From contig JBDRNJ010000072.1 in assembly GCA_043811375.1 (NCBI GenBank), forward strand, positions 64,001-128,000: a DNA stretch of 64,000 nucleotides. Direction: 5' to 3'. The DNA comes from a bacterium. GTDB lineage: Bacteria > Zixibacteria > MSB-5A5 > GN15 > FEB-12. Made by a program: the position numbers and the translations under genes. Numbering within the stretch: position 1 is the stretch's first letter; the number at the start of each line of letters is the position of its first letter. This document shows, piece after piece, positions 20,342 to 30,196 of the stretch. The notes beneath the pieces were generated by a model, which was not told the origin of the DNA, did not search any database, and saw nothing but the letters and a program-made list of their open reading frames with translations.

Positions 20342-22858
20342 TCACCTGCGTCCGGTCCGGGCACGAGCGGCCGCAGTTCTATCGGAGGATGCGTCGGGAT
20401 ATTCGTCATTATCACGCTTGTCTCGTCCGAACCGCTGCAGTGTCAGCGCCATCTCCTTCAGGCGTTCATCAACAGCAGCCATCACAGATCCTTTGGTGAA
20501 ATTACCCCTGCTGGTGCGACGTCCGGCCGGTACACCGGTAAGAACCTCGATTCCTTCATCAATAGTCTTGATGGGATAAATGTGAAAGGTCCCTTTATCA
20601 ACGGCTTCAATCACGTCCGGACGCAGCAACAGGTCGGCCACATTCTGGTGCGGGATAATGACGCCCTGGTCACCGGAAAGCTTGCGGCTGCTGCAAACAT
20701 CAAAGAATCCTTCAATCTTCTCATTGACGCCACCGATCGGCTGGATTTCTCCTTTTTGGTTCATCGATCCGGTCACAGCCAGGCTCTGTTTAATGGGAAT
20801 GTTACTCAATGACGACAAAATAGCGTAAATCTCCGTTGAGCTGGCGGAGTCTCCATCAACACCACTGTAGGATTGCTCAAACGTCAGTGACGCTGACATC
20901 ACCAGCGGTTTATCCTGGGCGAACATCTGTCGCAGGTAACCGCTGAGCACCAGCACACCTTTGTTATGAATGGGACCGGACAGGTCGGCTTCGCGTTCGA
21001 TATTGATCACTCCAGCACGGCCCAGAGCGGTACTGGCGGTGATACGTGTTGGTCGGCCAAAAGCATACTCTCCATAGTTGTACACCGACAGTCCGTTTAT
21101 TTGTCCTACTGCCGACCCGGCAGTGGAAACCATCAGGCTGTTGTTGTCAAACATTTCCTGGATCTTGTCCTCAACCAGGTTAACGCGAGTTCGTCGCAGC
21201 TTGACGGCAGTATGAACATCACGACGCAGGACGCGATTCGCTCCTCGATCGCGGGCACAGAATGCCGCCTCCCGGATGATATCCGAAATCAAGGAGAATC
21301 TGGTGGTAAGTTTCCGTCGTCGTCCGGAATGCCGCATACCGTACTCGGCCACAGCCTGCATCCCGGACAGATCGAATATCGGCAAGTGTTCTTCCTGGAC
21401 AAGGCGTCGGATAAAGGTGAAGTAACTGCGCAAATTGGTTTTATTGGCCGACATAACGCTGTCAAATTCCGCTTTGACCTTAAATACTTTCTTGAAGTCT
21501 TCGTCCAGTTGCCACAATAGATGATACGTTCGCGGCTCACCGACCAGTACCACCTTGACATCGAGGGGGACCTCTTCCGGTTTGATTCCGGAACCAGCCA
21601 TCATGTAAAAGGGATCAAAACCGGTGATTTCGATAGTGCGGTTTCTCAGGGCTCGCTTGAGATGTAACCAGACGCCCGGCTCGGTAAGCACGTCCATAGC
21701 CCGCGCTATCAGGAAACCGCCGGAGGCCTGCATCAGTGAGCCGCCGAAGATACGGGTGAAGTCGGTGCGCCAGTACCCGAAGCGATCGACGACTCGTTCC
21801 AGTGAGCCGAAGAGATTCTTGTATGAGGGTGATTGCTCCATTATGATCGGTACTCGATCGGTTTCGGCGTTGTCCAGAATAAGATTGATGGAAAACTCTT
21901 CAAACGGTTCCCGCTTGCGGTAGGGTGGCGGTTCCGTTTCACCGCGTCGTGGCTGTGCCTCCCGGAAGCGGTCCAGGTCACTCAACAGCGCCTCCTCTGC
22001 TTCGTCCAGATAGCTTTCCACCTTTTTATCGGGGTAGCGTTTTTTCAATACGTTCAGCTTTTCGGAAATCAGCGGTGCTATCATCGAGTAATCGAGCTTC
22101 TCCAGAGCATCTTCCATCTTGCCGGTCAGTTTCTTTGACTCCACGGAGGTGGCATCGAAATCCCGCCTCAGGCTGTCCCACTGACGGCGTAGTTCGTCCA
22201 GCCGGGCCAGGGAGAACTTGCCGTCGCGCGCCAGTTGTTCCAGTCGCTCCAATGAGATCGGTTCTTCATCGATTATGGGCTGGATTTCGTTGCGGACACC
22301 CATCCCGGACTGGATCTGCACCATCACAAACCCGGCCTTGGTCAATCTCTCCTCAAAGGCGTGAATCAGCTCTTTCTGGCGGTTATCAAACTCGCGGGTG
22401 ATGCGGTTGGTGCGGTCCTTGTAATCTTCAGACAGGTATATCTTGGGGACCGCTTTGCGGATGGAACTGATCTGGTAACCCATGTCTTTCTTGAAACGAC
22501 GACCGTCACCTGCCCTGAAGGTCAGAATACGGGGGTTGTCTTCGTTCTTGAAGTTGTTGACGTAACAAATGTCGGCCAGGTTTGGTGTTCCGTGATCGAG
22601 TTGCTTCAGAAGATGCCGCACTGCTGAAATGCGGCCGGTTCCGGCCGGACCGGTAACGAAAATATTGTATCCGGCACTTCTGACATTCAGTCCCGTGCGA
22701 AAGGCATCCATCGCCCGCTTCTGTCCAATAATACCCGAACAGGGAGAAACATCGTCCGACGTCCTGACTGCTTTAGGCTGGTAATCGATGCTATAATCCA
22801 GGTTGCTGCTGGTGAGTTCTCGGTGTCGCTTGCGTGTCGCCTTTTTCGTGGCCGGCAT
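20342..22858 (-). CDS. Lon-like protease, LonC/AAA_32 type
   Basis: Motifs IIGQKRA, GPAGTGR, CYVNNF, GQINGL, FEQSYSGVDGDSAS (catalytic Ser) and GGVNEKIEGF (catalytic Lys). GGAGG precedes ATG 22858. Confidence 0.88.
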   Translation of the reverse strand: MPATKKATRKRHRELTSSNLDYSIDYQPKAVRTSDDVSPCSGIIGQKRAMDAFRTGLNVRSAGYNIFVTGPAGTGRISAVRHLLKQLDHGTPNLADICYVNNFKNEDNPRILTFRAGDGRRFKKDMGYQISSIRKAVPKIYLSEDYKDRTNRITREFDNRQKELIHAFEERLTKAGFVMVQIQSGMGVRNEIQPIIDEEPISLERLEQLARDGKFSLARLDELRRQWDSLRRDFDATSVESKKLTGKMEDALEKLDYSMIAPLISEKLNVLKKRYPDKKVESYLDEAEEALLSDLDRFREAQPRRGETEPPPYRKREPFEEFSINLILDNAETDRVPIIMEQSPSYKNLFGSLERVVDRFGYWRTDFTRIFGGSLMQASGGFLIARAMDVLTEPGVWLHLKRALRNRTIEITGFDPFYMMAGSGIKPEEVPLDVKVVLVGEPRTYHLLWQLDEDFKKVFKVKAEFDSVMSANKTNLRSYFTFIRRLVQEEHLPIFDLSGMQAVAEYGMRHSGRRRKLTTRFSLISDIIREAAFCARDRGANRVLRRDVHTAVKLRRTRVNLVEDKIQEMFDNNSLMVSTAGSAVGQINGLSVYNYGEYAFGRPTRITASTALGRAGVINIEREADLSGPIHNKGVLVLSGYLRQMFAQDKPLVMSASLTFEQSYSGVDGDSASSTEIYAILSSLSNIPIKQSLAVTGSMNQKGEIQPIGGVNEKIEGFFDVCSSRKLSGDQGVIIPHQNVADLLLRPDVIEAVDKGTFHIYPIKTIDEGIEVLTGVPAGRRTSRGNFTKGSVMAAVDERLKEMALTLQRFGRDKRDNDEYPDASSDRTAAARARTGRR

Positions 22859-23120
22859 AGGTACCTCCGTTAACATGATCGATTGAGCCGGAATATACCT
22901 GATGACGACCACCAAACAAGAGAAAAACCGCGAGTTGGGCCGCATCTTATTCTCTCGTATCGGCTTGCCCTGATGTCCGACCCGGTGGCCGGTCATAATA
23001 TTATCAGTTGACAAACCCCGGGGGGCAAACGTTTATTGTCTGTTGTATTGGGAGATGTGTATCCGGTTGCCTGTGGACCGGCTATAAAATGAGGAAATGT
23101 TAACGTCTGAGGATATGGGA

Positions 23121-23771
23121 ATGACTAAGGGATCAATTGCACTGGCCATTGTGATTCTGCTGGCGGTTAATTTTACTGCCGTGGCTCAGGATGAAGAGCG
23201 TGATGTTGTGGAGATGACCTTTTTCGGCGGATTTGGTATTCCCGGCAGTGGTGTGTCGGAATGGGTAACCCAAGGCTACGAACGGGCTGCCGAGACCGGA
23301 TTCGATATGGGCCTTGAAGCCGGCTGGTTCGTCAGATCGAATTTTGTTGTGGGTGTGAACATCACATACACGGAATTCGGTATCGATGACACCGCGGAAT
23401 CGTCGCATAATCACCGTCTTTACAATCCCAGCATCTATGCCAAGCTGTTATTTGAGGGAGAGTCCAACTGGACACCGTATCTCAAGGGCCACCTCGGTTT
23501 GGATAATGCCAAGTTCTCAACGAAAGTAACCAACCCGGCGGGCGGACGCTACCGCGAGATTTCCTACGAACCGGCAATCGCGATGGGTGTCGGCGCCGGT
23601 TTGATATATTACACGGCCTACTATAGTGCCCTATTCATCGAGGTTAACTACCATACTGCCATGACCGAAAAGGCTGAGGCAACATATCTGGATACCCAAT
23701 ACGAGTTCGGGGAAAACCTGGCCACATATGATATCCACGCCGGTATCCGCCTCGTTTTCAGCAAAGATTGA
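23121..23771 (+). CDS. Outer-membrane beta-barrel protein (OmpA/OmpW-like, probably 8-stranded)
   Basis: Signal peptide, PYLKGHLG motif and amphipathic strands. The start could be 23097-23121. Confidence 0.7.
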   Translation: MTKGSIALAIVILLAVNFTAVAQDEERDVVEMTFFGGFGIPGSGVSEWVTQGYERAAETGFDMGLEAGWFVRSNFVVGVNITYTEFGIDDTAESSHNHRLYNPSIYAKLLFEGESNWTPYLKGHLGLDNAKFSTKVTNPAGGRYREISYEPAIAMGVGAGLIYYTAYYSALFIEVNYHTAMTEKAEATYLDTQYEFGENLATYDIHAGIRLVFSKD

Positions 23772-23793
23772 CGAAAGCACCGAGACAAAGTGT

Positions 23794-23824
23794 AACCCGC
23801 CCTTTAATGGGGCGGGTTTTTTTC
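23794..23824 (+). terminator. Intrinsic terminator
   Basis: AACCCGCCCC-tttaat-GGGGCGGGTT followed by a T-run. Confidence 0.8.
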
Positions 23825-23861
23825 TGTTTGCCCTCGCGATTAGCGCCCCTTAGCTTGAGGC

Positions 23862-25214
23862 ATGTCTCAGGTCAGACTGCTTATTGTTGACGACGAGCCC
23901 GGCCAGCGGGATTTGCTCTCAGGGTTTCTGTCCAAAAAAGGGTATGAGACACACGTGGCCGGTGATGCCAACGAAGCAATGGAACAATACCACCGGGTTT
24001 TTGCTCCGGTCGCCGTCGTAGACATGAAAATGCCCGGTATGGATGGCCTGCAGTTACTGACCAAACTTCGCGAGATCAACCCCTTCATACAGGTCATCGT
24101 GCTGACTGCATTCGGCTCGGTGGAGACGGCGGTGGCAGCTATGAAGGCCGGGGCGTTTGACTACCTCACGAAACCGGTCGAGGACCTGGACGAACTGCTG
24201 CTGAAACTGGAAAAAGCCGCCGCCCAGAACCGGCTGGTGGTGGACCACCAGGTGATGACCGAGCGACTGGCTGAGATATTCCCCACAACCGAGATAATCG
24301 GCGAATCCGACGCCATCCGGAAAGTCAAAGAGATGATTTCCCTGGTGGCGCCGAAAGATGCCACGGTGTTGATCACGGGACCGTCCGGAACCGGCAAGGA
24401 GCTGGTGGCGCGGGCTATCCATGCCCTGTCGCCCCGGGCTGAGAAACGGCTGGTAGCCATAAACTGTGCGGCCTTTCCGGAGACTCTTTTGGAATCGGAA
24501 CTGTTCGGCTACGAGAAGGGTGCTTTTACGGGTGCGGACAAGACCAAACAGGGACGATTCGAGCTGGCTGACGGCGGCACCCTGCTGCTGGACGAAATCG
24601 CCGAAATGCCGCCGACCATGCAGGTCAAACTGCTGCGGGTTCTGGAGGAACGGAAGATCGAGAGGCTGGGATCAGTCAAGGAGATTGATCTCGACATTCG
24701 CATCCTGGCCGCCACCAACCGGGATCTGGTGAAACTGGTACCCGAGGGCAGGTTCCGCGAAGACCTGTTTTACCGGCTGAACGTCATTATGATCGACATC
24801 CCGCCGCTGGCTGAAAGAACCGGCGATATCCTGCTGTTAGCCGAGAAGTTTATCGAGAAGTTCTCGCGCAAGGTCGGCAAGGATATCAAGGGCATCGACG
24901 CTATGGCGGCCGAACTCCTGATCGGTTACACCTGGCCCGGCAATGTGCGTGAGTTGGAGAACGTTATCGAACGAGCGGTCGTGCTGACACGCTCGGATCA
25001 GATCACGAAGAGCGATCTCTCCGGGTTGACTTCGAAATCAAACGCTGTCATGGCTGCCGGGGTTGTCATGCCGCTGGCTGATGTTGAGAAGCAGCACATC
25101 AAGTATTGTCTCGATCAGTTGAACTGGTCTGTCGGTCAGTGCGCCGAGAAGCTCGGCATCCACAGAAACACGCTGCGGACGAAGATCAAAGAGTATGGGC
25201 TGAAGCGGGAATGA
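23862..25214 (+). CDS. Sigma-54-dependent response regulator (NtrC/AtoC/ZraR family)
   Basis: REC domain (VDDE, DMKMP), GPSGTGKE, ESELFG, GAFTGA, LLDEI, WPGNVREL and a Fis-type HTH. Confidence 0.93.
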   Translation: MSQVRLLIVDDEPGQRDLLSGFLSKKGYETHVAGDANEAMEQYHRVFAPVAVVDMKMPGMDGLQLLTKLREINPFIQVIVLTAFGSVETAVAAMKAGAFDYLTKPVEDLDELLLKLEKAAAQNRLVVDHQVMTERLAEIFPTTEIIGESDAIRKVKEMISLVAPKDATVLITGPSGTGKELVARAIHALSPRAEKRLVAINCAAFPETLLESELFGYEKGAFTGADKTKQGRFELADGGTLLLDEIAEMPPTMQVKLLRVLEERKIERLGSVKEIDLDIRILAATNRDLVKLVPEGRFREDLFYRLNVIMIDIPPLAERTGDILLLAEKFIEKFSRKVGKDIKGIDAMAAELLIGYTWPGNVRELENVIERAVVLTRSDQITKSDLSGLTSKSNAVMAAGVVMPLADVEKQHIKYCLDQLNWSVGQCAEKLGIHRNTLRTKIKEYGLKRE

Positions 25215-25316
25215 ATCGGGTTCGACGGTTTGTGACCGGGTATTCTTCAGATTGTCCGGACGGATAGCTTGTGGGGTCTGAAGATGTTGTTCCATAAGGT
25301 AACGACTCTGGGCCGC

Positions 25317-25520
25317 GTAGAGTGGGGGCTTGTCTCCCACCAATAGAAGTGGCGATGCCACTGATTTGTCAATGGCGTTGCCCGTCGGCGGACATAAAGC
25401 CCGCCGCTACGCGAAGTTGGTAAGTCGTGATTTCGTATAGTTAAAAGGTGCCGGGGTTCTCATAAGAGACGGTGTCGAGTTTCTCATAAGTGTGGCTATG
25501 CCACCGGAACCCGACCTGCG
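25317..25520. repeat. Cluster of REP-like palindromes including an inverted GTAG doublet
   Basis: GTAGAGTGGGGGCTTGTCTCCCACC ... GGCGGACATAAAGCCCGCCGCTAC (25317-25410), plus a GCAGGTCGGGTT-type element on the minus strand near 25470-25520. Confidence 0.5.
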
Positions 25521-25534
25521 ACCCCTCTCCCCCG

Positions 25535-26950
25535 TTATGACCACATGCGGGTTTTGCCTTCGCCGAAAGGCATGTGTTTGCCCTCGGCTTTCTCCTTCAT
25601 GTACTTCTTCGTCATCGCCACGACTCCGCCCGACAGCACTACCAGTGCAATCAGGTTAGGGACGGCCATCAATCCGTTGGCGGTGTCGGCGTAGGACCAG
25701 ACCGTCTTGAGGTCGAAACGTGCCCCCAATAATGTAAAGACAATGTATACGCACTTGTACGGGAACTTGGCTCGCGTGCCGCCGAGATACTCAATACCCT
25801 TCTCGCCATAATACGACCAGGCCACGACGGTCGAGAAAGCAAACAACATGACACCGACCACCACCATCCACAGGCCGAAACCCGGGAGCGCCGCGTCGAA
25901 AGCGTGCATGGTCAGTGGCGCGCCGTTGAGACCGCAGTCCCAGACACCGGTGGTGATAATAACCAGCGCCGTCATGGTACAGATAACCAGCGTGTCGATG
26001 AACGGGCCCAGCATAGCGACCAAACCCTCACGGACCGGTTCTTCCACTCGTGCGGCCGAGTGCGCCATCGCCGCCGACCCCTGCCCCGCCTCGTTGGAGA
26101 ACAGGCCGCGCCTCAGACCCCAGGTGAATGTCATCCAGACGGTAGCACCGCCGGCCGCACCACCTACCACCGCTGTCGGATTGAAGGCATGATAGAAAAT
26201 CATCCCGAAAGCTTCGGCGATCTGTTCATAGTTAATCAGTATAATGATGAAGGCGCTGACCACATATACGACCGACATAAATGGCACCAGGTACGACGCC
26301 ACTCGCCCGATTCGCTTTATCCCCCCGATTATCACGCTACCCACCAGGCCGGCGACGACAAATCCGATCAACCAGCGCACCCAGGCTTCGTTTTCGGGCG
26401 CGACTTTGAACGCATCCAGTAATGAGTGGGCCATCGTGTTCGACTGTACCATATTGCCGGCGCCAAAGGCGGCGATGGCCGTACAAAACGCAAACATGTA
26501 CGCCAGCGGCCGGAAGTATTTGTGCATTCCCAGTTCGATGAAGTACATCGGTCCACCGCGAATGTTGCCGTCCGGTTCCACCTTGCGATGCTTGATAGCC
26601 AGCATGCATTCGGTGTACTTGATAGCCATACCGAAAAAGGCGGTCACCCACATCCAGAAAATGGCGCCGGGTCCACCCCAGTAGATAGCGATCGCTACCC
26701 CTGCTATATTACCGATACCGATTGTCGCCGACAACGCCGCCGACAACGCCTGGAAGTGTGTCAACTGTCCCTTGTGGTCCGGGTCGTCATAGCGGCCGCT
26801 GGCAATGCCCACACCGTGCGCAAAGCCGCGCACCTGTATGAGGACCGTGCGCAGTGTCAGGATTAGTCCAGCCGACAGCAGGATCATCGCCATCGGCCAT
26901 CCCCACACGAAGTTGGAGACTAACTCGAGTCCGTTATTTATTTGGTCCAT
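25535..26950 (-). CDS. Alanine/glycine:cation symporter (AGCS family)
   Basis: Motifs ATIGIGNIAGVA, GGPGAIFWMW, GGPMY, RGLFSNEAGQGS and FIDTLVICTMTAL. Confidence 0.93.
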   Translation of the reverse strand: MDQINNGLELVSNFVWGWPMAMILLSAGLILTLRTVLIQVRGFAHGVGIASGRYDDPDHKGQLTHFQALSAALSATIGIGNIAGVAIAIYWGGPGAIFWMWVTAFFGMAIKYTECMLAIKHRKVEPDGNIRGGPMYFIELGMHKYFRPLAYMFAFCTAIAAFGAGNMVQSNTMAHSLLDAFKVAPENEAWVRWLIGFVVAGLVGSVIIGGIKRIGRVASYLVPFMSVVYVVSAFIIILINYEQIAEAFGMIFYHAFNPTAVVGGAAGGATVWMTFTWGLRRGLFSNEAGQGSAAMAHSAARVEEPVREGLVAMLGPFIDTLVICTMTALVIITTGVWDCGLNGAPLTMHAFDAALPGFGLWMVVVGVMLFAFSTVVAWSYYGEKGIEYLGGTRAKFPYKCVYIVFTLLGARFDLKTVWSYADTANGLMAVPNLIALVVLSGGVVAMTKKYMKEKAEGKHMPFGEGKTRMWS

Positions 26951-27033
26951 AGTCTGAAAGTGAAGGCAATCCGGAGCCGGTGTGCAAGCTAAAAAAGGGA
27001 AGCATTTGAGCGCTGTCGATTACCCGAAATCCC

Positions 27034-27062
27034 TTGCCAAATGCTCGATTAGATAGTATATT
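27034..27062 (+). promoter_or_regulatory. Sigma70-type promoter, about 590 nt upstream of the fibre gene
   Basis: TTGCCA-N17-TATATT. Confidence 0.5.
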
Positions 27063-27303
27063 TTGCCTATAGGGCTGCCTGGAAGTGGCAGCCGTGACAG
27101 CAAGCAACAGGGTCAGACAACACTGGCAGGACATCCGCAACTATTGCTTTCCACTGTACTGCGGTGGTTTACGTGAAAGCGGCTATCCGGGGTAGTGGGA
27201 CGCAGGCAACAGGGTTGATGACAACATTAGAAGGACATCGGGTAACTTTGTATGACCGGTTACATAGGATACACATTAGACCGGGGTTAAAACCCACCCG
27301 ATG

Positions 27304-27434
27304 GGGCTTGTTGAAAAAGTCCCATTCTCGTCATTGCGAGCGACAGCGTGGCAATCTCGGATATTGAATGTCAACGAGATAGCCACGTCGCTTCGCTCCT
27401 CGCTATGACGTTTGTTAGGTTTATCAACAGGCCC
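27304..27434 (+). mobile_element. MITE-like element, copy 1 (131 bp)
   Basis: Terminal inverted repeats GGGCTTGTTGAAAAA / TTTATCAACAGGCCC, flanking 4-bp direct repeat GATG, and a near-identical inverted copy at 42462-42602. Confidence 0.75.
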
Positions 27435-27451
27435 GATGGGTGGGGTACATG

Positions 27452-27540
27452 GTCTTTCCCTCGTCCCTCTCTGTCATTCCCGCGTCCACTTCCGTCATTC
27501 CCGCGTCCCTCTCTGTCATTCCCGCGCACGCGGGAATCCA
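27452..27540 (+). repeat. 21-bp tandem repeats ending in a dRS3-like palindrome
   Basis: Three GTCATTCCCGCGTCC-like 21-mers, then GTCATTCCCGCGCACGCGGGAATCCA (ATTCCC-N8-GGGAAT). Confidence 0.75.
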
Positions 27541-27654
27541 GGCAACACATCCAACCGCCGTCGTGCGTCAATGCGACAAGCGCAGCGACGTGGCAATCTC
27601 ATCGGCAACAATCAATGAAGCCCATAATATCAAACCAACAGAAGGAGTAACACC

Positions 27655-29412
27655 ATGACACGTATGGTAACGCTCACAGCAACACTCATCGTCGCACTGC
27701 TGGCGCTGACCGCTCTGGCCACACCAAAGTTCATCCACTACAACGGGGTTCTGATGCAGGCGGGCGTTCCGGTCCCTGATGGCGATTACATGCTCACTTT
27801 CAGAGTCTATGAGTATGAAGTAGATCACTCCCCCATCTGGTCAGAGGTGCAGAATCCCGTTGCCACCAAAGACGGCAAATTCAACGTTAAGCTCGGGTCT
27901 ATTAACGAGTTAACAACGGACGTTTTCAGCTCTGACGACCGCTGGCTGGGGATCGAAGTCGGCACCGATGGCGAGATGACACCCCGGACGCCGATTGGAT
28001 CAGTGCCCTATGCCTTCATGGCGGGCAATGTGGCTGACAGAGCGATTGACTCCAACAAGATTGCACTGAAATCCATCAAGCATGAGAACATCAAGGACAA
28101 GGCCATTGATTCACTCAAGATAGCAGACAAATCGATCAAGCAGGAGAACATCAAGGACGGCGCCATCACCAGCGCCATAATTGCCAACGGCACGATCCTG
28201 TTTGAAGATATCGCTTCGAATGGTGCAACCTCTTCCGGCAAGATCATGAAGTGGGATGGAGATTCCTGGGAGCTCGGTGACGACAATGTCGGTGCGGCTG
28301 ACAACGACTGGACCCTGACCGGGGGTGTTCTGTTCACGGCCGGCGAGTGGGGCATCGCCCGCGCCGGTAACACTCTTCACGGACTGCATGACAGCACCCA
28401 CGTTAACCTGGGCGGGGCTTCCCAAACTGGCACCGGTGGCAAGAATTACGTGTATGCTACGGTAGCAGGGGGATGGTCCAACAGTGCCAATGGTAGCCAC
28501 TCTTCTGTCGGCGGCGGCCAGAACAACAGAGCTTGGGGAGGATACGCAACCGTTGCCGGTGGCCTTCATGACACCGCCAGCGGAGATTATGCTTCCATAG
28601 GCGGAGGAAGTGTTAACAGTGCCACCGGGTTTGGCTCAGTGATTGCTGGCGGGAATGATAACCAGGCCACCGATACTGGCGCTGCGGTCGGCGGCGGCAG
28701 TAACAACCGGGCAGAAGGCATTTATGCCACTATCCCGGGAGGATGGATGAATGAGGCAAAAGGTGATCGTTCTTTCGCCGCGGGCTCTAGAGCCGAAGCC
28801 AACCACGATGGCGCTGTCGTAATCTCATCCACCGTCTCGAGAACCAGCCCGCCTATCAGTTCGGCTTTTCCCGGGGAGATGGTCTTGCGCGCAGATAGTC
28901 TGTTTTACCTCACTGATGGCATCACGTTGGCCGGTTATCCCGGCGGCAATCCCTTTCTGTACACCTCAACAGGGGCTTTTCTCAGCAAGGGCGGCGTATG
29001 GCAGAATGCGTCGGACAAACACCTGAAGGAGAATTTCACACCCGTTGACGGCCGCGAGATTCTGGAGAAAATCACCCTGCTTCCGATCATGCGGTGGAAC
29101 TACCAGACGGAGGACGACCAAACTCAGCACATTGGTCCCGTCTCGCAGGATTTTTACACCGTCTTCGGTGTCGGGGGTGACGATAAAACGATCTCCACGA
29201 TTGATCCGTCTGGAATCGCGCTGGCTGCTATACAGGAGTTGTACGAACGGAGCAAAGAGCAGCAGCAGACCATAGAGGAGTTGCGAGAGAAAGTCGCAAA
29301 GGTTGATGATCTCAAAGCGCAGATGAAGCAGTTGCAATCGCTGGTCGAAACTCTCCTGGTTCAGAAGAACGTGACCGGAGGCGGCAGCGACAAACTGGCA
29401 GTCAGCAGGTAA
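27655..29412 (+). CDS. Secreted tail-fibre-like protein with C-terminal intramolecular chaperone (peptidase S74-like)
   Basis: Signal peptide, 10-aa AIDSxKIADK repeats, ATVAGGxxNxAxG beta-helix repeats, SDKHLKENF...HIGPVSQDF...AAIQEL, and a terminal coiled coil. Confidence 0.8.
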   Translation: MTRMVTLTATLIVALLALTALATPKFIHYNGVLMQAGVPVPDGDYMLTFRVYEYEVDHSPIWSEVQNPVATKDGKFNVKLGSINELTTDVFSSDDRWLGIEVGTDGEMTPRTPIGSVPYAFMAGNVADRAIDSNKIALKSIKHENIKDKAIDSLKIADKSIKQENIKDGAITSAIIANGTILFEDIASNGATSSGKIMKWDGDSWELGDDNVGAADNDWTLTGGVLFTAGEWGIARAGNTLHGLHDSTHVNLGGASQTGTGGKNYVYATVAGGWSNSANGSHSSVGGGQNNRAWGGYATVAGGLHDTASGDYASIGGGSVNSATGFGSVIAGGNDNQATDTGAAVGGGSNNRAEGIYATIPGGWMNEAKGDRSFAAGSRAEANHDGAVVISSTVSRTSPPISSAFPGEMVLRADSLFYLTDGITLAGYPGGNPFLYTSTGAFLSKGGVWQNASDKHLKENFTPVDGREILEKITLLPIMRWNYQTEDDQTQHIGPVSQDFYTVFGVGGDDKTISTIDPSGIALAAIQELYERSKEQQQTIEELREKVAKVDDLKAQMKQLQSLVETLLVQKNVTGGGSDKLAVSR

Positions 29413-29425
29413 ACGAAACGGAGGC

Positions 29426-30007
29426 ATGAAAATGAAAACACGTTTTATTATTAGATTGGCCCTGCCGACCCTTCTCGTGGCCCTGCTATTTGCCGCCGGA
29501 TTCGGCGCCGATACCGGAAAACCACAGTCACCCGCGGCGACAAGAGCCACGGTGGATCAGAAGGAGAAACCGGCGGCGCAGACAGCTCCTGTCGTGACTC
29601 AACGACCTCCGCAGTCGTCGGCTGTCACCGCGCCTGACAGTAACCAGGTGATCGAGGGGCAGATCTTCACGGCCGGGGTTACAAGTGCGAGTTCCGCCAG
29701 TTACTCACTTGCCGCGGGTGCCGGTCAGATGGCGGTTGGAGAGGGTAGTTCGGCCAGCTACAGTAGTAGTGGCGGCATCTGGGATTTCCCGATTTTCTGC
29801 TGCCAGAATCGCGGTGACGTTGACGACAGCGGTGGCCTTGATGTCGGCGACCTCACGTACCTTGTTGCCTATCTATTCCAGGGTGGTCCAGCACCACCGT
29901 GCCCGGAAGAGGGTGATGTCGACGCCAGCGGTGGCATTGATGTCGGTGACCTGACGTATCTGGTAGCGTATCTGTTCCAGGGTGGCCCACCACCACCACC
30001 GTGTTAA
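29426..30007 (+). CDS. Secreted protein with C-terminal dockerin-like (duplicated EF-hand) domain
   Basis: Signal peptide and CC..RGDVDDSGGLDVGDLTYLVAYLFQGGPAPPC, repeated twice. Confidence 0.8.
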   Translation: MKMKTRFIIRLALPTLLVALLFAAGFGADTGKPQSPAATRATVDQKEKPAAQTAPVVTQRPPQSSAVTAPDSNQVIEGQIFTAGVTSASSASYSLAAGAGQMAVGEGSSASYSSSGGIWDFPIFCCQNRGDVDDSGGLDVGDLTYLVAYLFQGGPAPPCPEEGDVDASGGIDVGDLTYLVAYLFQGGPPPPPC

Positions 30008-30052
30008 ATCCCCTTTAGCCGCCGAGCACCCTATCGGCGCGCTGGAGTAACA

Positions 30053-30088
30053 GCGAGGCTCCTGCTCCCGGGAGCCTCGCGTTGTTTT
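30053..30088 (+). terminator. Probable terminator
   Basis: GCGAGGCTCC-loop-GGAGCCTCGC followed by gttgtttt. Confidence 0.6.
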
Positions 30089-30196
30089 GCCGGAAAGGGT
30101 CGAGTTAAACGCGCGATATGTGGTTCATTCTTGACACCATAGCCGTATCAGGATATATTTGTCAGCAAAACATGAATTGCGAAAGGAAATAAGCCG

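Noticed and set aside
26950..27060. Glycine riboswitch upstream of the AGCS symporter
   Set aside because: No paired GGAGA...CCGAAG...CTCTCAGG aptamer pattern is visible on the minus strand.
27452..27540. Possible CRISPR array
   Set aside because: The period is only 21 bp, there are no unique spacers, and no cas genes are present.
27348..27658. Short ORFs with SFPRP/SVIPA repeats
   Set aside because: They are translations of the MITE and tandem repeats.
27655..29412. Prophage remnant
   Set aside because: The protein has a Sec signal peptide and the neighbouring genes are cellular.
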